Assembly: GCA_964057225.1 (NCBI GenBank)
Contig: OZ059899.1
Span: 1,612,001-1,676,000, forward strand
Direction: 5' to 3'
Origin: Auanema rhodensis
Taxonomy: Eukaryota > Animalia > Nematoda
DNA: 64,000 nucleotides
Shown piece after piece: positions 12,601 through 28,200 of this stretch. The notes under the pieces are model-generated. The model was not told the origin of the DNA. It did not search any database and saw only the letters and a program-made list of their open reading frames with translations. The translations under genes were made by a program, and so were the position numbers. The first letter of the stretch is position 1; every line of letters begins with the position of its first letter.

Positions 12601-15428
12601 CTTCAGGGTGAAAATCGAGGATATAAGTGTGAACTTATATCAGTTGATATCTCGGTGCATTTTTAAGCTAGCGCAAATCTGATAACACAGATCGACGCAG
12701 CTTAAAAATCCGCATCGAATGCACTATACTACATTGAGAAACGCCTGATACAAAAATTAGTTATGATCGTTTGAAAAATGATGCATTAGTGTATGTTGAG
12801 TTTCCATGTACACTCAACATTGCTTCCAAAAACATTTTGACAAAAATTTTTTCGAAAAATTTCAAAATAATTTAGCAAAAAGTAGATGTTTTTAGATTCC
12901 ATTTTTCAAGGCGAAGACGATAGACAATGTTATTCAACAAAAAAATTAATTCTTCAGGGTGAAAATCGAGGATATAAGTGTGAACTTATATCAGTTGATA
13001 TCTCGGTGCATTTTTAAGCTAACGCAAATCTGATAACACAGATCGACGCAGCTTAAAAATCCGCATCGAATGCACTATACTACATTGAGAAACGCTTGAT
13101 ACAAAAATTAGTTATGATCGTTTGAAAAATGATGCATTAGTGTATGTTGAGTTTCCATGTACACTCAACATTGCTTCCAAAAACAATTTGACAAAAATTT
13201 TTTCGAAAAATTTCAAAATAATTTAGCAAAAAGTAGATGTTTTTAGATTCCTTTTTTTAAGGCAAAGACGATGGACAATGTTTTTCAACGAAAAAATTAA
13301 TTCTTCAGGGTGAAAATCGAGGATATAAGTGTGAACTTATATCAGTTGATATCTCGGTGCATTTTTAAGCTAACGCAAATCTGATAACACAGATCGACGC
13401 AGCTTAAAAATCCGCATCGAATGCACTATACTACATTGAGAAACGCTTAATACACAAATTAGGTATGATCGTTTGAAAAATGATGCATTAGTGTATGTTG
13501 AGTTTCCATGTACACTCAACATTGCTTCCAAAAACAATTTGACAAAAATTTTTTCGAAAAATTTCAAAATAATTTAGCAAAAAGTAGATGTTTTTAGATT
13601 TCTTTTTTTAAGGCAAAGACGATGGACAATGTTATTCAACGAAAAAATTAATTCTTCAGGGTGAAAATCGAGGATATAAGTGTGAACTTATATCAGTTGA
13701 TATCTCGGTGCATTTTTAAGCTAACGCAAATCTGATAACACAGATCGACGCAGCTTAAAAATCCGCATCGAATGCACTATACTACATTGAGAAACGCTTA
13801 ATACACAAATTAGGTATGATCGTTTGAAAAATGATGCATTAGTGTATGTTGAGTTTCCATGTACACTCAACATTGCTTCCAAAAACATTTTGACAAAACT
13901 TTTTTCGAAAAATTTCAAAATAATTTAGCAAAAAGTAGATGTTTTTAGATTCCATTTTTCAAGGCAAAGACGATAGACAATGTTATTCAACAAGAAAATT
14001 AATTCTTCAGGGTGAAAATCGAGGATATAAGTGTGAACTTATATCAGTTGATATCTCGGTGCATTTTTAAGCTAGCGCAAATCTGATAACACAGATCGAC
14101 GCAGCTTAAAAATCCGCATCGAATGCACTATACTACATTGAGAAACGCTTAATACACAAATTAGTTATGATCGTTTGAAAAATGATGCATTAGTGTATGT
14201 TGAGTTTCCATGTACACTCAACATTGCTTCCAAAAACATTTTGACAAAAATTTTTTTGAAAAATTTCAGAATAATTTAGCAAAAAGTAGATGTTTTTAGA
14301 TTCCATTTTTCAAGGCAAAGACGATAGACAATGTTATTCAACAAGAAAATTAATTCTTCAGGGTGAAAATCGAGGATATAAGTGTGAACTTATATCAGTT
14401 GATATCTCGGTGCATTTTTAAGCTAGCGCAAATCTGATAACACAGATCGACGCAGCTTAAAAATCCGCATCGAATGCACTATACTACATTGAGAAACGCT
14501 TAATACACAAATTAGTTATGATCGTTTGAAAAATGATGCATTAGTGTATGTTGAGTTTCCATGTACACTCAACATTGCTTCCAAAAACATTTTGACAAAA
14601 ATTTTTTCGAAAAATTTCAAAATAATTTAGCAAAAAGTAGAGGTTTTTAGATTTCTTTTTTCAAGGCAAAGACGATGGACAATGTTATTCAACGAAAAAA
14701 ATAATTCTTCAGGGTGAAAATCGAGGATATAAGTGTGAACTTATATCAGTTGATATCTCGGTGCATTTTTAAGCTAGCGCAAATCTGATAACACAGATCG
14801 ACGCAGCTTAAAAATCCGCATCGAATGCACTATACTACATTGAGAAACGCCTGATACAAAAATTAGTTATGATCGTTTGAAAAATGATGCATTAGTGTAT
14901 GTTGAGTTTCCATGTACACTCAACATTGCTTCCAAAAACATTTTGACAAAAATTTTTTCGAAAAATTTCAAAATAATTTAGCAAAAAGTAGATGTTTTTA
15001 GATTCCATTTTTCAAGGCGAAGACGATAGACAATGTTATTCAACAAAAAAATTAATTCTTCAGGGTGAAAATCGAGGATATAAGTGTGAACTTATATCAG
15101 TTGATATCTCGGTGCATTTTTAAGCTAACGCAAATCTGATAACACAGATCGACGCAGCTTAAAAATCCGCATCGAATGCACTATACTACATTGAGAAACG
15201 CTTGATACAAAAATTAGTTATGATCGTTTGAAAAATGATGCATTAGTGTATGTTGAGTTTCCATGTACACTCAACATTGCTTCCAAAAACAATTTGACAA
15301 AAATTTTTTCGAAAAATTTCAAAATAATTTAGCAAAAAGTAGATGTTTTTAGATTCCTTTTTTTAAGGCAAAGACGATGGACAATGTTTTTCAACGAAAA
15401 AATTAATTCTTCAGGGTGAAAATCGAGG
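6654..15428 (+). repeat. Subdomain B: X-Y-Z trimer higher-order repeat grading into a 5/6-monomer unit
   Basis: X (CGCCTGATA, AAGGCGAAG), Y (GCTAACGC, AACAATTT, TTTAAGG) and Z (AATACAC, AGAGGTT) cycle through 6654-11567. 11568-13322 is repeated at 13674-15428 (shared ATGTTTTTCAAC marker, period 2106). Confidence 0.85.
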
Positions 15429-16130
15429 ATATAAGTGTGAACTTATATCAGTTGATATCTCGGTGCATTTTTAAGCTAGCGCAAATCTGATAACACAGAT
15501 CGACGCAGCTTAAAAATCCGCATCGAATGCACTATACTACATTGAGAAACGCTTAATACACAAATTAGGTATGATCGTTTGAAAAATGATGCATTAGTGT
15601 ATGTTGAGTTTCCATGTACACTCAACATTGCTTCCAAAAACATTTTGACAAAACTTTTTTCGAAAAATTTCAGAATAATTTAGCAAAAAGTAGAGGTTTT
15701 TAGATTCCATTTTTCAAGGCAAGGACGATGGACAATGTTATTCAACGAAAAAAATAATTCTTCAGGGTGAAAATCGAGGATATAAGTGTGAACTTATATC
15801 AGTTGATATCTCGGTGCATTTTTAAGCTAGCGCAAATCTGATAACACAGATCGACGCAGCTTAAAAATCCGCATCGAATGCACTATACTACATTGAGAAA
15901 AACTTAATACAAAAATTAGTTATGATCGTTTGAAAAATGATGCATTAGTGTATGTTGAGTTTCCATGTACACTCAACATTGCTTCCAAAAACATTTTGAC
16001 AAAAATTTTTTCGAAAAATTTCAAAATAATTTAGCAAAAAGTAGTTGTTTTTAGATTCCATTTTTCAAGGCAAAGACGATGGACAATGTTATTCAACGAA
16101 AAAAATAATTCTTCAGGGTGAAAATCGAGG

Positions 16131-18236
16131 ATATAAGTGTGAACTTATATCAGTTGATATCTCGGTGCATTTTTAAGCTAGCGCAAATCTGATAACACAG
16201 ATCGACGCAGCTTAAAAATCCGCATCGAATGCACTATACTACATTGAGAAACGCTTGATACAAAAATTAGTTATGATCGTTTGAAAAATGATGCATTAGT
16301 GTATGTTGAGTTTCCATGTACACTCAACATTGCTTCCAAAAACAATTTGACAAAAATTTTTTCGAAAAATTTCAAAATAATTTAGCAAAAAGTAGATGTT
16401 TTTAGATTCCTTTTTTTAAGGCAAAGACGATGGACAATGTTATTCAACGAAAAAATTAATTCTTCAGGGTGAAAATCGAGGATATAAGTGTGAACTTATA
16501 TCAGTTGATATCTCGGTGCATTTTTAAGCTAGCGCGAATCTGATAACACAGATCGACGCAGCTTAAAAATCCGCATCGAATGCACTATACTACATTGAGA
16601 AACGCTTAATACACAAATTAGGTATGATCGTTTGAAAAATGATGCATTAGTGTATGTTGAGTTTCCATGTACACTCAACATTGCTTCCAAAAACATTTTG
16701 ACAAAACTTTTTTCGAAAAATTTCAAAATAATTTAGCAAAAAGTAGAGGTTTTTAGATTCCATTTTTCAAGGCAAAGACGATGGACAATGTTATTCAACG
16801 AAAAAAATAATTCTTCAGGGTGAAAATCGAGGATATAAGTGTGAACTTATATCAGTTGATATCTCGGTGCATTTTTAAGCTAGCGCAAATCTGATAACAC
16901 AGATCGACGCAGCTTGAAAATCCGCATCGAATGCACTATACTACATTGAGAAACGCTTAATACAAAAATTAGTTATGATCGTTTGAAAAATGATGCATTA
17001 GTGTATGTTGAGTTTCCATGTACACTCAACATTGCTTCCAAAAACATTTTGACAAAAATTTTTTCGAAAAATTTCAAAATAATTTAGCAAAAAGTAGTTG
17101 TTTTTAGATTCCATTTTTCAAGGCAAAGACGATGGACAATGTTATTCAACGAAAAAAATAATTCTTCAGGGTGAAAATCGAGGATATAAGTGTGAACTTA
17201 TATCAGTTGATATCTCGGTGCATTTTTAAGCTAGCGCAAATCTGATAACACAGATCGACGCAGCTTAAAAATCCGCATCGAATGCACTATACTACATTGA
17301 GAAACGCTTGATACAAAAATTAGTTATGATCGTTTGAAAAATGATGCATTAGTGTATGTTGAGTTTCCATGTACACTCAACATTGCTTCCAAAAACAATT
17401 TGACAAAAATTTTTTCGAAAAATTTCAAAATAATTTAGCAAAAAGTAGATGTTTTTAGATTCCTTTTTTTAAGGCAAAGACGATGGACAATGTTATTCAA
17501 CGAAAAAATTAATTCTTCAGGGTGAAAATCGAGGATATAAGTGTGAACTTATATCAGTTGATATCTCGGTGCATTTTTAAGCTAGCGCGAATCTGATAAC
17601 ACAGATCGACGCAGCTTAAAAATCCGCATCGAATGCACTATACTACATTGAGAAACGCTTAATACACAAATTAGGTATGATCGTTTGAAAAATGATGCAT
17701 TAGTGTATGTTGAGTTTCCATGTACACTCAACATTGCTTCCAAAAACATTTTGACAAAACTTTTTTCGAAAAATTTCAAAATAATTTAGCAAAAAGTAGA
17801 GGTTTTTAGATTCCATTTTTCAAGGCAAAGACGATGGACAATGTTATTCAACGAAAAAAATAATTCTTCAGGGTGAAAATCGAGGATATAAGTGTGAACT
17901 TATATCAGTTGATATCTCGGTGCATTTTTAAGCTAGCGCAAATCTGATAACACAGATCGACGCAGCTTGAAAATCCGCATCGAATGCACTATACTACATT
18001 GAGAAACGCTTAATACAAAAATTAGTTATGATCGTTTGAAAAATGATGCATTAGTGTATGTTGAGTTTCCATGTACACTCAACATTGCTTCCAAAAACAT
18101 TTTGACAAAAATTTTTTCGAAAAATTTCAAAATAATTTAGCAAAAAGTAGTTGTTTTTAGATTCCATTTTTCAAGGCAAAGACGATGGACAATGTTATTC
18201 AACGAAAAAAATAATTCTTCAGGGTGAAAATCGAGG
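16131..18236 (+). repeat. Tandem duplication of 3 monomers (1053 bp)
   Basis: The private GCGCGAATC allele occurs near 16535 and 17588; the ORF-track SDSR variant at 16529 and 17582 is also 1053 bp apart. Confidence 0.88.
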
Positions 18237-19640
18237 ATATAAGTGTGAACTTATATCAGTTGATATCTCGGTGCATTTTTAAGCTAGCGCAAATCTGATA
18301 ACACAGATCGACGCAGCTTAAAAATCCGCATCGAATGCACTATACTACATTGAGAAACGCTTGATACAAAAATTAGTTATGATCGTTTGAAAAATGATGC
18401 ATTAGTGTATGTTGAGTTTCCATGTACACTCAACATTGCTTCCAAAAACAATTTGACAAAAATTTTTTCGAAAAATTTCAAAATAATTTAGCAAAAAGTA
18501 GTTGTTTTTAGATTCCATTTTTCAAGGCAAAGACGATGGACAATGTTATTCAACGAAAAAAATAATTCTTCAGGGTGAAAATCGAGGATATAAGTGTGAA
18601 CTTATATCAGTTGATATCTCGGTGCATTTTTAAGCTAGCGCAAATCTGATAACACAGATCGACGCAGCTTAAAAATCCGCATCGAATGCACTATACTACA
18701 TTGAGAAACGCTTAATACACAAATTAGGTATGATCGTTTGAAAAATGATGCATTAGTGTATGTTGAGTTTCCATGTACACTCAACATTGCTTCCAAAAAC
18801 ATTTTGACAAAACTTTTTTCGAAAAATTTCAAAATAATTTAGCAAAAAGTAGAGGTTTTTAGATTCCATTTTTCAAGGCAAAGACGATGGACAATGTTAT
18901 TCAACGAAAAAAATAATTCTTCAGGGTGAAAATCGAGGATATAAGTGTGAACTTATATCAGTTGATATCTCGGTGCATTTTTAAGCTAGCGCAAATCTGA
19001 TAACACAGATCGACGCAGCTTGAAAATCCGCATCGAATGCACTATACTACATTGAGAAACGCTTAATACAAAAATTAGTTATGATCGTTTGAAAAATGAT
19101 GCATTAGTGTATGTTGAGTTTCCATGTACACTCAACATTGCTTCCAAAAACATTTTGACAAAAATTTTTTCGAAAAATTTCAAAATAATTTAGCAAAAAG
19201 TAGTTGTTTTTAGATTCCATTTTTCAAGGCAAAGACGATGGACAATGTTATTCAACGAAAAAAATAATTCTTCAGGGTGAAAATCGAGGATATAAGTGTG
19301 AACTTATATCAGTTGATATCTCGGTGCATTTTTAAGCTAGCGCAAATCTGATAACACAGATCGACGCAGCTTAAAAATCCGCATCGAATGCACTATACTA
19401 CATTGAGAAACGCTTGATACAAAAATTAGTTATGATCGTTTGAAAAATGATGCATTAGTGTATGTTGAGTTTCCATGTACACTCAACATTGCTTCCAAAA
19501 ACAATTTGACAAAAATTTTTTCGAAAAATTTCAAAATAATTTAGCAAAAAGTAGATGTTTTTAGATTCCTTTTTTTAAGGCAAAGACGATGGACAATGTT
19601 ATTCAACGAAAAAAATAATTCTTCAGGGTGAAAATCGAGG

Positions 19641-22600
19641 ATATAAGTGTGAACTTATATCAGTTGATATCTCGGTGCATTTTTAAGCTAGCGCAAATCT
19701 GATAACACAGATCGACGCAGCTTAAAAATCCGCATCGAATGCACTATACTACATTGAGAAACGCTTGATACAAAAATTAGTTATGATCGTTTGAAAAATG
19801 ATGCATTAGTGTATGTTGAGTTTCCATGTACACTCAACATTGCTTCCAAAAACAATTTGACAAAAATTTTTTCGAAAAATTTCAAAATAATTTAGCAAAA
19901 AGTAGATGTTTTTAGATTCCTTTTTTTAAGGCAAAGACGATGGACAATGTTATTCAACGAAAAAATTAATTCTTCAGGGTGAAAATCGAGGATATAAGTG
20001 TGAACTTATATCAGTTGATATCTCGGTGCATTTTTAAGCTAGCGCAAATCTGATAACACAGATCGACGCAGCTTAAAAATCCGCATCGAATGCACTATAC
20101 TACATTGAGAAAAACTTAATACACAAATTAGGTATGATCGTTTGAAAAATGATGCATTAGTGTATGTTGAGTTTCCATGTACACTCAACATTGCTTCCAA
20201 AAACATTTTGACAAAACTTTTTTCGAAAAATTTCAAAATAATTTAGCAAAAAGTAGAGGTTTTTAGATTCCATTTTTCAAGGCAAAGACGATGGACAATG
20301 TTATTCAACGAAAAAAATAATTCTTCAGGGTGAAAATCGAGGATATAAGTGTGAACTTATATCAGTTGATATCTCGGTGCATTTTTAAGCTAGCGCAAAT
20401 CTGATAACACAGATCGACGCAGCTTGAAAATCCGCATCGAATGCACTATACTACATTGAGAAACGCTTAATACAAAAATTAGTTATGATCGTTTGAAAAA
20501 TGATGCATTAGTGTATGTTGAGTTTCCATGTACACTCAACATTGCTTCCAAAAACATTTTGACAAAAATTTTTTCGAAAAATTTCAAAATAATTCAGCAA
20601 AAAGTAGATGTTTTTAGATTCCTTTATTCAAGGCAAAGACGATGGACAATGTTATTCAGCGAAAAAATTAATTCTTCAGGGTGAAAATCGAGGATATAAG
20701 TGTGAACTTATATCAGTTGATATCTCGGTGCATTTTTAAGCTAGCGCAAATCTGATAACACAGATCGACGCAGCTTAAAAATCCGCATCGAATGCACTAT
20801 ACTACATTGAGAAACGCTTAATACAAAAATTAGTTATGATCGTTTGAAAAATGATGCATTAGTGTATGTTGAGTTTCCATGTACACTCAACATTGCTTCC
20901 AAAAACATTTTGACAAAAATTTTTTTGAAAAATTTCAGAATAATTTAGCAAAAAGTATATGTTTTTAGATTCCATTTTTCAAGGCAAAGACGATAGACAA
21001 TGTTATTCAACAAGAAAAATAATTCTTCAGGGTGAAAATCGAAGATATAAGTGTGAACTTATATCAGTTGATATCTCGGTGCATTTTTAAGCTAGCGCAA
21101 ATCTGATAACACAGATCGACGCAGCTTAAAAATCCGCATCGAATGCACTATACTACATTGAGAAAGGCTTAATACAAAAATTAGTTATGATCGTTTGAAA
21201 AATGATGCATTAGTGTATGTTGAGTTTCCATGTACACTCAACATTGCTTCCAAAAACATTTTGACAAAAATTTTTTCGAAAAATTTCAAAATAATTTAGC
21301 AAAAAGTAGTTGTTTTTAGATTCCATTTTTCAAGGCAAAGACGATGGACAATGTTATTCAACGAAAAAAATAATTCTTCAGGGTGAAAATCGAGGATATA
21401 AGTGTGAACTTATATCAGTTGATATCTCGGTGCATTTTTAAGCTAGCGCAAATCTGATAACACAGATCGACGCAGCTTAAAAATCCGCATCGAATGCACT
21501 ATACTACATTGAGAAACGCTTGATACAAAAATTAGTTATGATCGTTTGAAAAATGATGCATTAGTGTATGTTGAGTTTCCATGTACACTCAACATTGCTT
21601 CCAAAAACAATTTGACAAAAATTTTTTCGAAAAATTTCAAAATAATTTAGCAAAAAGTAGATGTTTTTAGATTCCTTTTTTTAAGGCAAAGACGATGGAC
21701 AATGTTATTCAACGAAAAAATTAATTCTTCAGGGTGAAAATCGAGGATATAAGTGTGAACTTATATCAGTTGATATCTCGGTGCATTTTTAAGCTAGCGC
21801 AAATCTGATAACACAGATCGACGCAGCTTAAAAATCCGCATCGAATGCACTATACTACATTGAGAAAAACTTAATACACAAATTAGGTATGATCGTTTGA
21901 AAAATGATGCATTAGTGTATGTTGAGTTTCCATGTACACTCAACATTGCTTCCAAAAACATTTTGACAAAACTTTTTTCGAAAAATTTCAAAATAATTTA
22001 GCAAAAAGTAGAGGTTTTTAGATTCCATTTTTCAAGGCAAAGACGATGGACAATGTTATTCAACGAAAAAAATAATTCTTCAGGGTGAAAATCGAGGATA
22101 TAAGTGTGAACTTATATCAGTTGATATCTCGGTGCATTTTTAAGCTAGCGCAAATCTGATAACACAGATCGACGCAGCTTGAAAATCCGCATCGAATGCA
22201 CTATACTACATTGAGAAACGCTTAATACAAAAATTAGTTATGATCGTTTGAAAAATGATGCATTAGTGTATGTTGAGTTTCCATGTACACTCAACATTGC
22301 TTCCAAAAACATTTTGACAAAAATTTTTTCGAAAAATTTCAAAATAATTCAGCAAAAAGTAGATGTTTTTAGATTCCTTTATTCAAGGCAAAGACGATGG
22401 ACAATGTTATTCAGCGAAAAAATTAATTCTTCAGGGTGAAAATCGAGGATATAAGTGTGAACTTATATCAGTTGATATCTCGGTGCATTTTTAAGCTAGC
22501 GCAAATCTGATAACACAGATCGACGCAGCTTAAAAATCCGCATCGAATGCACTATACTACATTGAGAAACGCTTAATACAAAAATTAGTTATGATCGTTT

Positions 22601-23150
22601 GAAAAATGATGCATTAGTGTATGTTGAGTTTCCATGTACACTCAACATTGCTTCCAAAAACATTTTGACAAAAATTTTTTTGAAAAATTTCAGAATAATT
22701 TAGCAAAAAGTATATGTTTTTAGATTCCATTTTTCAAGGCAAAGACGATAGACAATGTTATTCAACAAGAAAAATAATTCTTCAGGGTGAAAATCGAAGA
22801 TATAAGTGTGAACTTATATCAGTTGATATCTCGGTGCATTTTTAAGCTAGCGCAAATCTGATAACACAGATCGACGCAGCTTAAAAATCCGCATCGAATG
22901 CACTATACTACATTGAGAAAGGCTTAATACAAAAATTAGTTATGATCGTTTGAAAAATGATGCATTAGTGTATGTTGAGTTTCCATGTACACTCAACATT
23001 GCTTCCAAAAACATTTTGACAAAAATTTTTTCGAAAAATTTCAAAATAATTTAGCAAAAAGTAGTTGTTTTTAGATTCCATTTTTCAAGGCAAAGACGAT
23101 GGACAATGTTATTCAACGAAAAAAATAATTCTTCAGGGTGAAAATCGAGG
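19641..23150 (+). repeat. Tandem duplication of 5 monomers (1755 bp)
   Basis: AATTCAGC, AAGTATATG and CGAAGATA recur 1755 bp apart, as do ORF pairs 20039/21794 and 20493/22248. Confidence 0.9.
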
Positions 23151-25256
23151 ATATAAGTGTGAACTTATATCAGTTGATATCTCGGTGCATTTTTAAGCTA
23201 GCGCAAATCTGATAACACAGATCGACGCAGCTTAAAAATCCGCATCGAATGCACTATACTACATTGACAAAGGCTTAATACAAAAATTAGTTATGATCGT
23301 TTGAAAAATGATGCATTAGTGTATGTTGAGTTTCCATGTACACTCAACATTGCTTCCAAAAACATTTTGACAAAAATTTTTTTGAAAAATTTCAGAATAA
23401 TTTAGCAAAAAGTATATGTTTTTAGATTCCATTTTTCAAGGCAAAGACGATAGACAATGTTATTCAACAAGAAAAATAATTCTTCAGGGTGAAAATCGAA
23501 GATATAAGTGTGAACTTATATCAGTTGATATCTCGGTGCATTTTTAAGCTAGCGCAAATCTGATAACACAGATCGACGCAGCTTAAAAATCCGCATCGAA
23601 TGCACTATACTACATTGAGAAAGGCTTAATACAAAAATTAGTTATGATCGTTTGAAAAATGATGCATTAGTGTATGTTGAGTTTCCATGTACACTCAACA
23701 TTGCTTCCAAAAACATTTTGACAAAAATTTTTTCGAAAAATTTCAAAATAATTTAGCAAAAAGTAGTTGTTTTTAGATTCCATTTTTCAAGGCAAAGACG
23801 ATGGACAATGTTATTCAACGAAAAAAATAATTCTTCAGGGTGAAAATCGAGGATATAAGTGTGAACTTATATCAGTTGATATCTCGGTGCATTTTTAAGC
23901 TAGCGCAAATCTGATAACACAGATCGACGCAGCTTAAAAATCCGCATCGAATGCACTATACTACATTGACAAAGGCTTAATACAAAAATTAGTTATGATC
24001 GTTTGAAAAATGATGCATTAGTGTATGTTGAGTTTCCATGTACACTCAACATTGCTTCCAAAAACATTTTGACAAAAATTTTTTCGAAAAATTTCAAAAT
24101 AATTTAGCAAAAAGTAGATGTTTTTAGATTCCATTTTTCAAGGCAAAGACGATGGACAATGTTAATCAACGAAAAAAATAATTCTTCAGGGTGAAAATCG
24201 AGGATATAAGTGTGAACTTATATCAGTTGATATCTCGGTGCATTTTTAAGCTAGCGCAAATCTGATAACACAGATCGACGCAGCTTAAAAATCCGCATCG
24301 AATGCACTATACTACATTGAGAAAAACTTAATACAAAAATTAGTTATGATTGTTTGAAAAATGATGCATTAGTGTATGTTGAGTTTCCATGTACACTCAA
24401 CATTGCTTCCAAAAACATTTTGACAAAAATTTTTTTGAAAAATTTCAGAATAATTTAGCAAAAAGTAGATGTTTTTAGATTCCATTTTTCAAGGCAAAGA
24501 CGATAGACAATGTTATTCAACAAGAAAATTAATTCTTCAGGGTGAAAATCGAGGATATAAGTGTGAACTTATATCAGTTGATATCTCGGTGCATTTTTAA
24601 GCTAGCGCAAATCTGATAACACAGATCGACGCAGCTTGAAAATCCGCATCGAATGCACTATACTACATTGAGAAACACTTAATACAAAAATTAGTTATGA
24701 TCGTTTGAAAAATGATGCATTAGTGTATGTTGAGTTTCCATGTACACTCAACATTGCTTCCAAAAACATTTTGACAAAAATTTTTTCGAAAAATTTCAAA
24801 ATAATTCAGCAAAAAGTAGATGTTTTTAAATTCCTTTATTCAAGGCAAAGACGATGGACAATGTTATTCAGCGAAAAAATTAATTCTTCAGGGTGAAAAT
24901 CAAGGATATAAGTGTGAACTTATATCAGTTGATATCTCGGTGCATTTTTAAGCTAGCGCAAATCTGATAACACAGATCGACGCAGCTTAAAAATCCGCAT
25001 CGAATGCACTATACTACATTGAGAAACGCTTAATACAAAAATTAGTTATGATCGTTTGAAAAATGATGCATTAGTGTATGTTGAGTTTCCATGTACACTC
25101 AACATTGCTTCCAAAAACATTTTGACAAAAATTTTTTTGAAAAATTTCAGAATAATTTAGCAAGAAGTAGATGTTTTTAGATTCCATTTTTCAAGGCAAA
25201 GACGATAGACAATGTTATTCAACAAGAAAATTAATTCTTCAGGGTGAAAATCGAGG

Positions 25257-28200
25257 ATATAAGTGTGAACTTATATCAGTTGATATCTCGGTGCATTTTT
25301 AAGCTAGCGCAAATCTGATAACACAGATCGACGCAGCTTAAAAATCCGCATCGAATGCACTATACTACATTGAGAAAGGCTTAATACAAAAATTAGTTAT
25401 GATCGTTTGAAAAATGATGCATTAGTGTATGTTGAGTTTCCATGTACACTCAACATTGCTTCCAAAAACATTTTGACAAAAATTTTTTCGAAAAATTTCA
25501 AAATAATTTAGCAAAAAGTAGTTGTTTTTAGATTCCATTTTTCAAGGCAAAGACGATGGACAATGTTATTCAACGAAAAAAATAATTCTTCAGGGTGAAA
25601 ATCGAGGATATAAGTGTGAACTTATATCAGTTGATATCTCGGTGCATTTTTAAGCTAGCGCAAATCTGATAACACAGATCGACGCAGCTTAAAAATCCGC
25701 ATCGAATGCACTATACTACATTGAGAAAAACTTAATACAAAAATTAGTTATGATCGTTTGAAAAATGATGCATTAGTGTATGTTGAGTTTCCATGTACAC
25801 TCAACATTGCTTCCAAAAACATTTTGACAAAAATTTTTTCGAAAAATTTCAAAATAATTTAGCAAAAAGTAGATGTTTTTAGATTCCATTTTTCAAGGCA
25901 AAGACGATGGACAATGTTATTCAACGAAAAAAATAATTCTTCAGGGTGAAAATCGAGGATATAAGTGTGAACTTATATCAGTTGATATCTCGGTGCATTT
26001 TTAAGCTAGCGCAAATCTGATAACACAGATCGACGCAGCATAAAAATCCGCATCGAATGCACTATACTACATTGAGAAAGGCTTAATACAAAAATTAGTT
26101 ATGATCGTTTGAAAAATGATGCATTAGTGTATGTTGAGTTTCCATGTACACTCAACATTGCTTCCAAAAACATTTTGACAAAAATTTTTTCGAAAAATTT
26201 CAAAATAATTTAGCAAAAAGTAGATGTTTTTAGATTCCATTTTTCAAGGCAAAGACGATGGACAATGTTATTCAACGAAAAAAATAATTCTTCAGGGTGA
26301 AAATCGAGGATATAAGTGTGAACTTATATCAGTTGATATCTCGGTGCATTTTTAAGCTAGCGCAAATCTGATAACACAGATCGACGCAGCTTAAAAATCC
26401 GCATCGAATGCACTATACTACATTGAGAAAAACTTAATACAAAAATTAGTTATGATCGTTTGAAAAATGATGCATTAGTGTATGTTGAGTTTCCATGTAC
26501 ACTCAACATTGCTTCCAAAAACATTTTGACAAAAATTTTTTCGAAAAATTTCAAAATAATTTAGCAAAAAGTAGATGTTTTTAGATTCCATTTTTCAAGG
26601 CAAAGACGATGGACAATGTTATTCAACGAAAAAAATAATTCTTCAGGGTGAAAATCGAGGATATAAGTGTGAACTTATATCAGTTGATATCTCGGTGCAT
26701 TTTTAAGCTAGCGCAAATCTGATAACACAGATCGACGCAGCTTAAAAATCCGCATCGAATGCACTATACTACATTGAGAAAAACTTAATACAAAAATTAG
26801 TTATGATCGTTTGAAAAATGATGCATTAGTGTATGTTGAGTTTCCATGTACACTCAACATTGCTTCCAAAAACATTTTGACAAAAATTTTTTCGAAAAAT
26901 TTCAAAATAATTTAGCAAAAAGTAGATGTTTTTAGATTCCATTTTTCAAGGCAAAGACGATGGACAATGTTATTCAACGAAAAAAATAATTCTTCAGGGT
27001 GAAAATCGAGGATATAAGTGTGAACTTATATCAGTTGATATCTCGGTGCATTTTTAAGCTAGCGCAAATCTGATAACACAGATCGGCGCAGCTTAAAAAT
27101 CCGCATCGAATGCACTATACTACATTGAGAAAAACTTAATACAAAAATTAGTTATGATCGTTTGAAAAATGATGCATTAGTGTATGTTGAGTTTCCATGT
27201 ACACTCAACATTGCTTCCAAAAACATTTTGACAAAAATTTTTTCGAAAAATTTCAAAATAATTTAGCAAAAAGTAGATGTTTTTAGATTCCATTTTTCAA
27301 GGCAAAGACGATGGACAATGTTATTCAACGAAAAAAATAATTCTTCAGGGTGAAAATCGAGGATATAAGTGTGAACTTATATCAGTTGATATCTCGGTGC
27401 ATTTTTAAGCTAGCGCAAATCTGATAACACAGATCGACGCAGCATAAAAATCCGCATCGAATGCACTATACTACATTGAGAAAGGCTTAATACAAAAATT
27501 AGTTATGATCGTTTGAAAAATGATGCATTAGTGTATGTTGAGTTTCCATGTACACTCAACATTGCTTCCAAAAACATTTTGACAAAAATTTTTTCGAAAA
27601 ATTTCAAAATAATTTAGCAAAAAGTAGATGTTTTTAGATTCCATTTTTCAAGGCAAAGACGATGGACAATGTTATTCAACAAAAAAATAATTCTTCAGGG
27701 TGAAAATCGAGGATATAAGTGTGAACTTATATCAGTTGATATCTCGGTGCATTTTTAAGCTAGCGCAAATCTGATAACACAGATCGACGCAGCTTAAAAA
27801 TCCGCATCGAATGCACTATACTACATTGAGAAAAACTTAATACAAAAATTAGTTATGATCGTTTGAAAAATGATGCATTAGTGTATGTTGAGTTTCCATG
27901 TACACTCAACATTGCTTCCAAAAACATTTTGACAAAAATTTTTTCGAAAAATTTCAAAATAATTTAGCAAAAAGTAGATGTTTTTAGATTCCATTTTTCA
28001 AGGCAAAGACGATGGACAATGTTATTCAACGAAAAAAATAATTCTTCAGGGTGAAAATCGAGGATATAAGTGTGAACTTATATCAGTTGATATTTCGGTG
28101 CATTTTTAAGCTAGCGCAAATCTGATAACACAGATCGACGCAGCTTAAAAATCCGCATCGAATGCACTATACTACATTGAGAAAGGCTTAATACAAAAAT

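Noticed and set aside
48-21991. Repeated 65-aa minus-strand ORF (MKFFEKIF...)
   Set aside because: It starts at TTG, has no recognisable domain, and exists only where a SNP removes the majority TAA stop (TAGTAATG or TAGGTATG). Two different stop-removing alleles is mildly curious, but the ORF is absent from most monomers and from all of them after 22 kb.
20493-24896. 63-aa plus-strand ORF (3 copies)
   Set aside because: TTG start; it depends on a rare TAG>CAG variant, and two copies come from one 5-monomer duplication.
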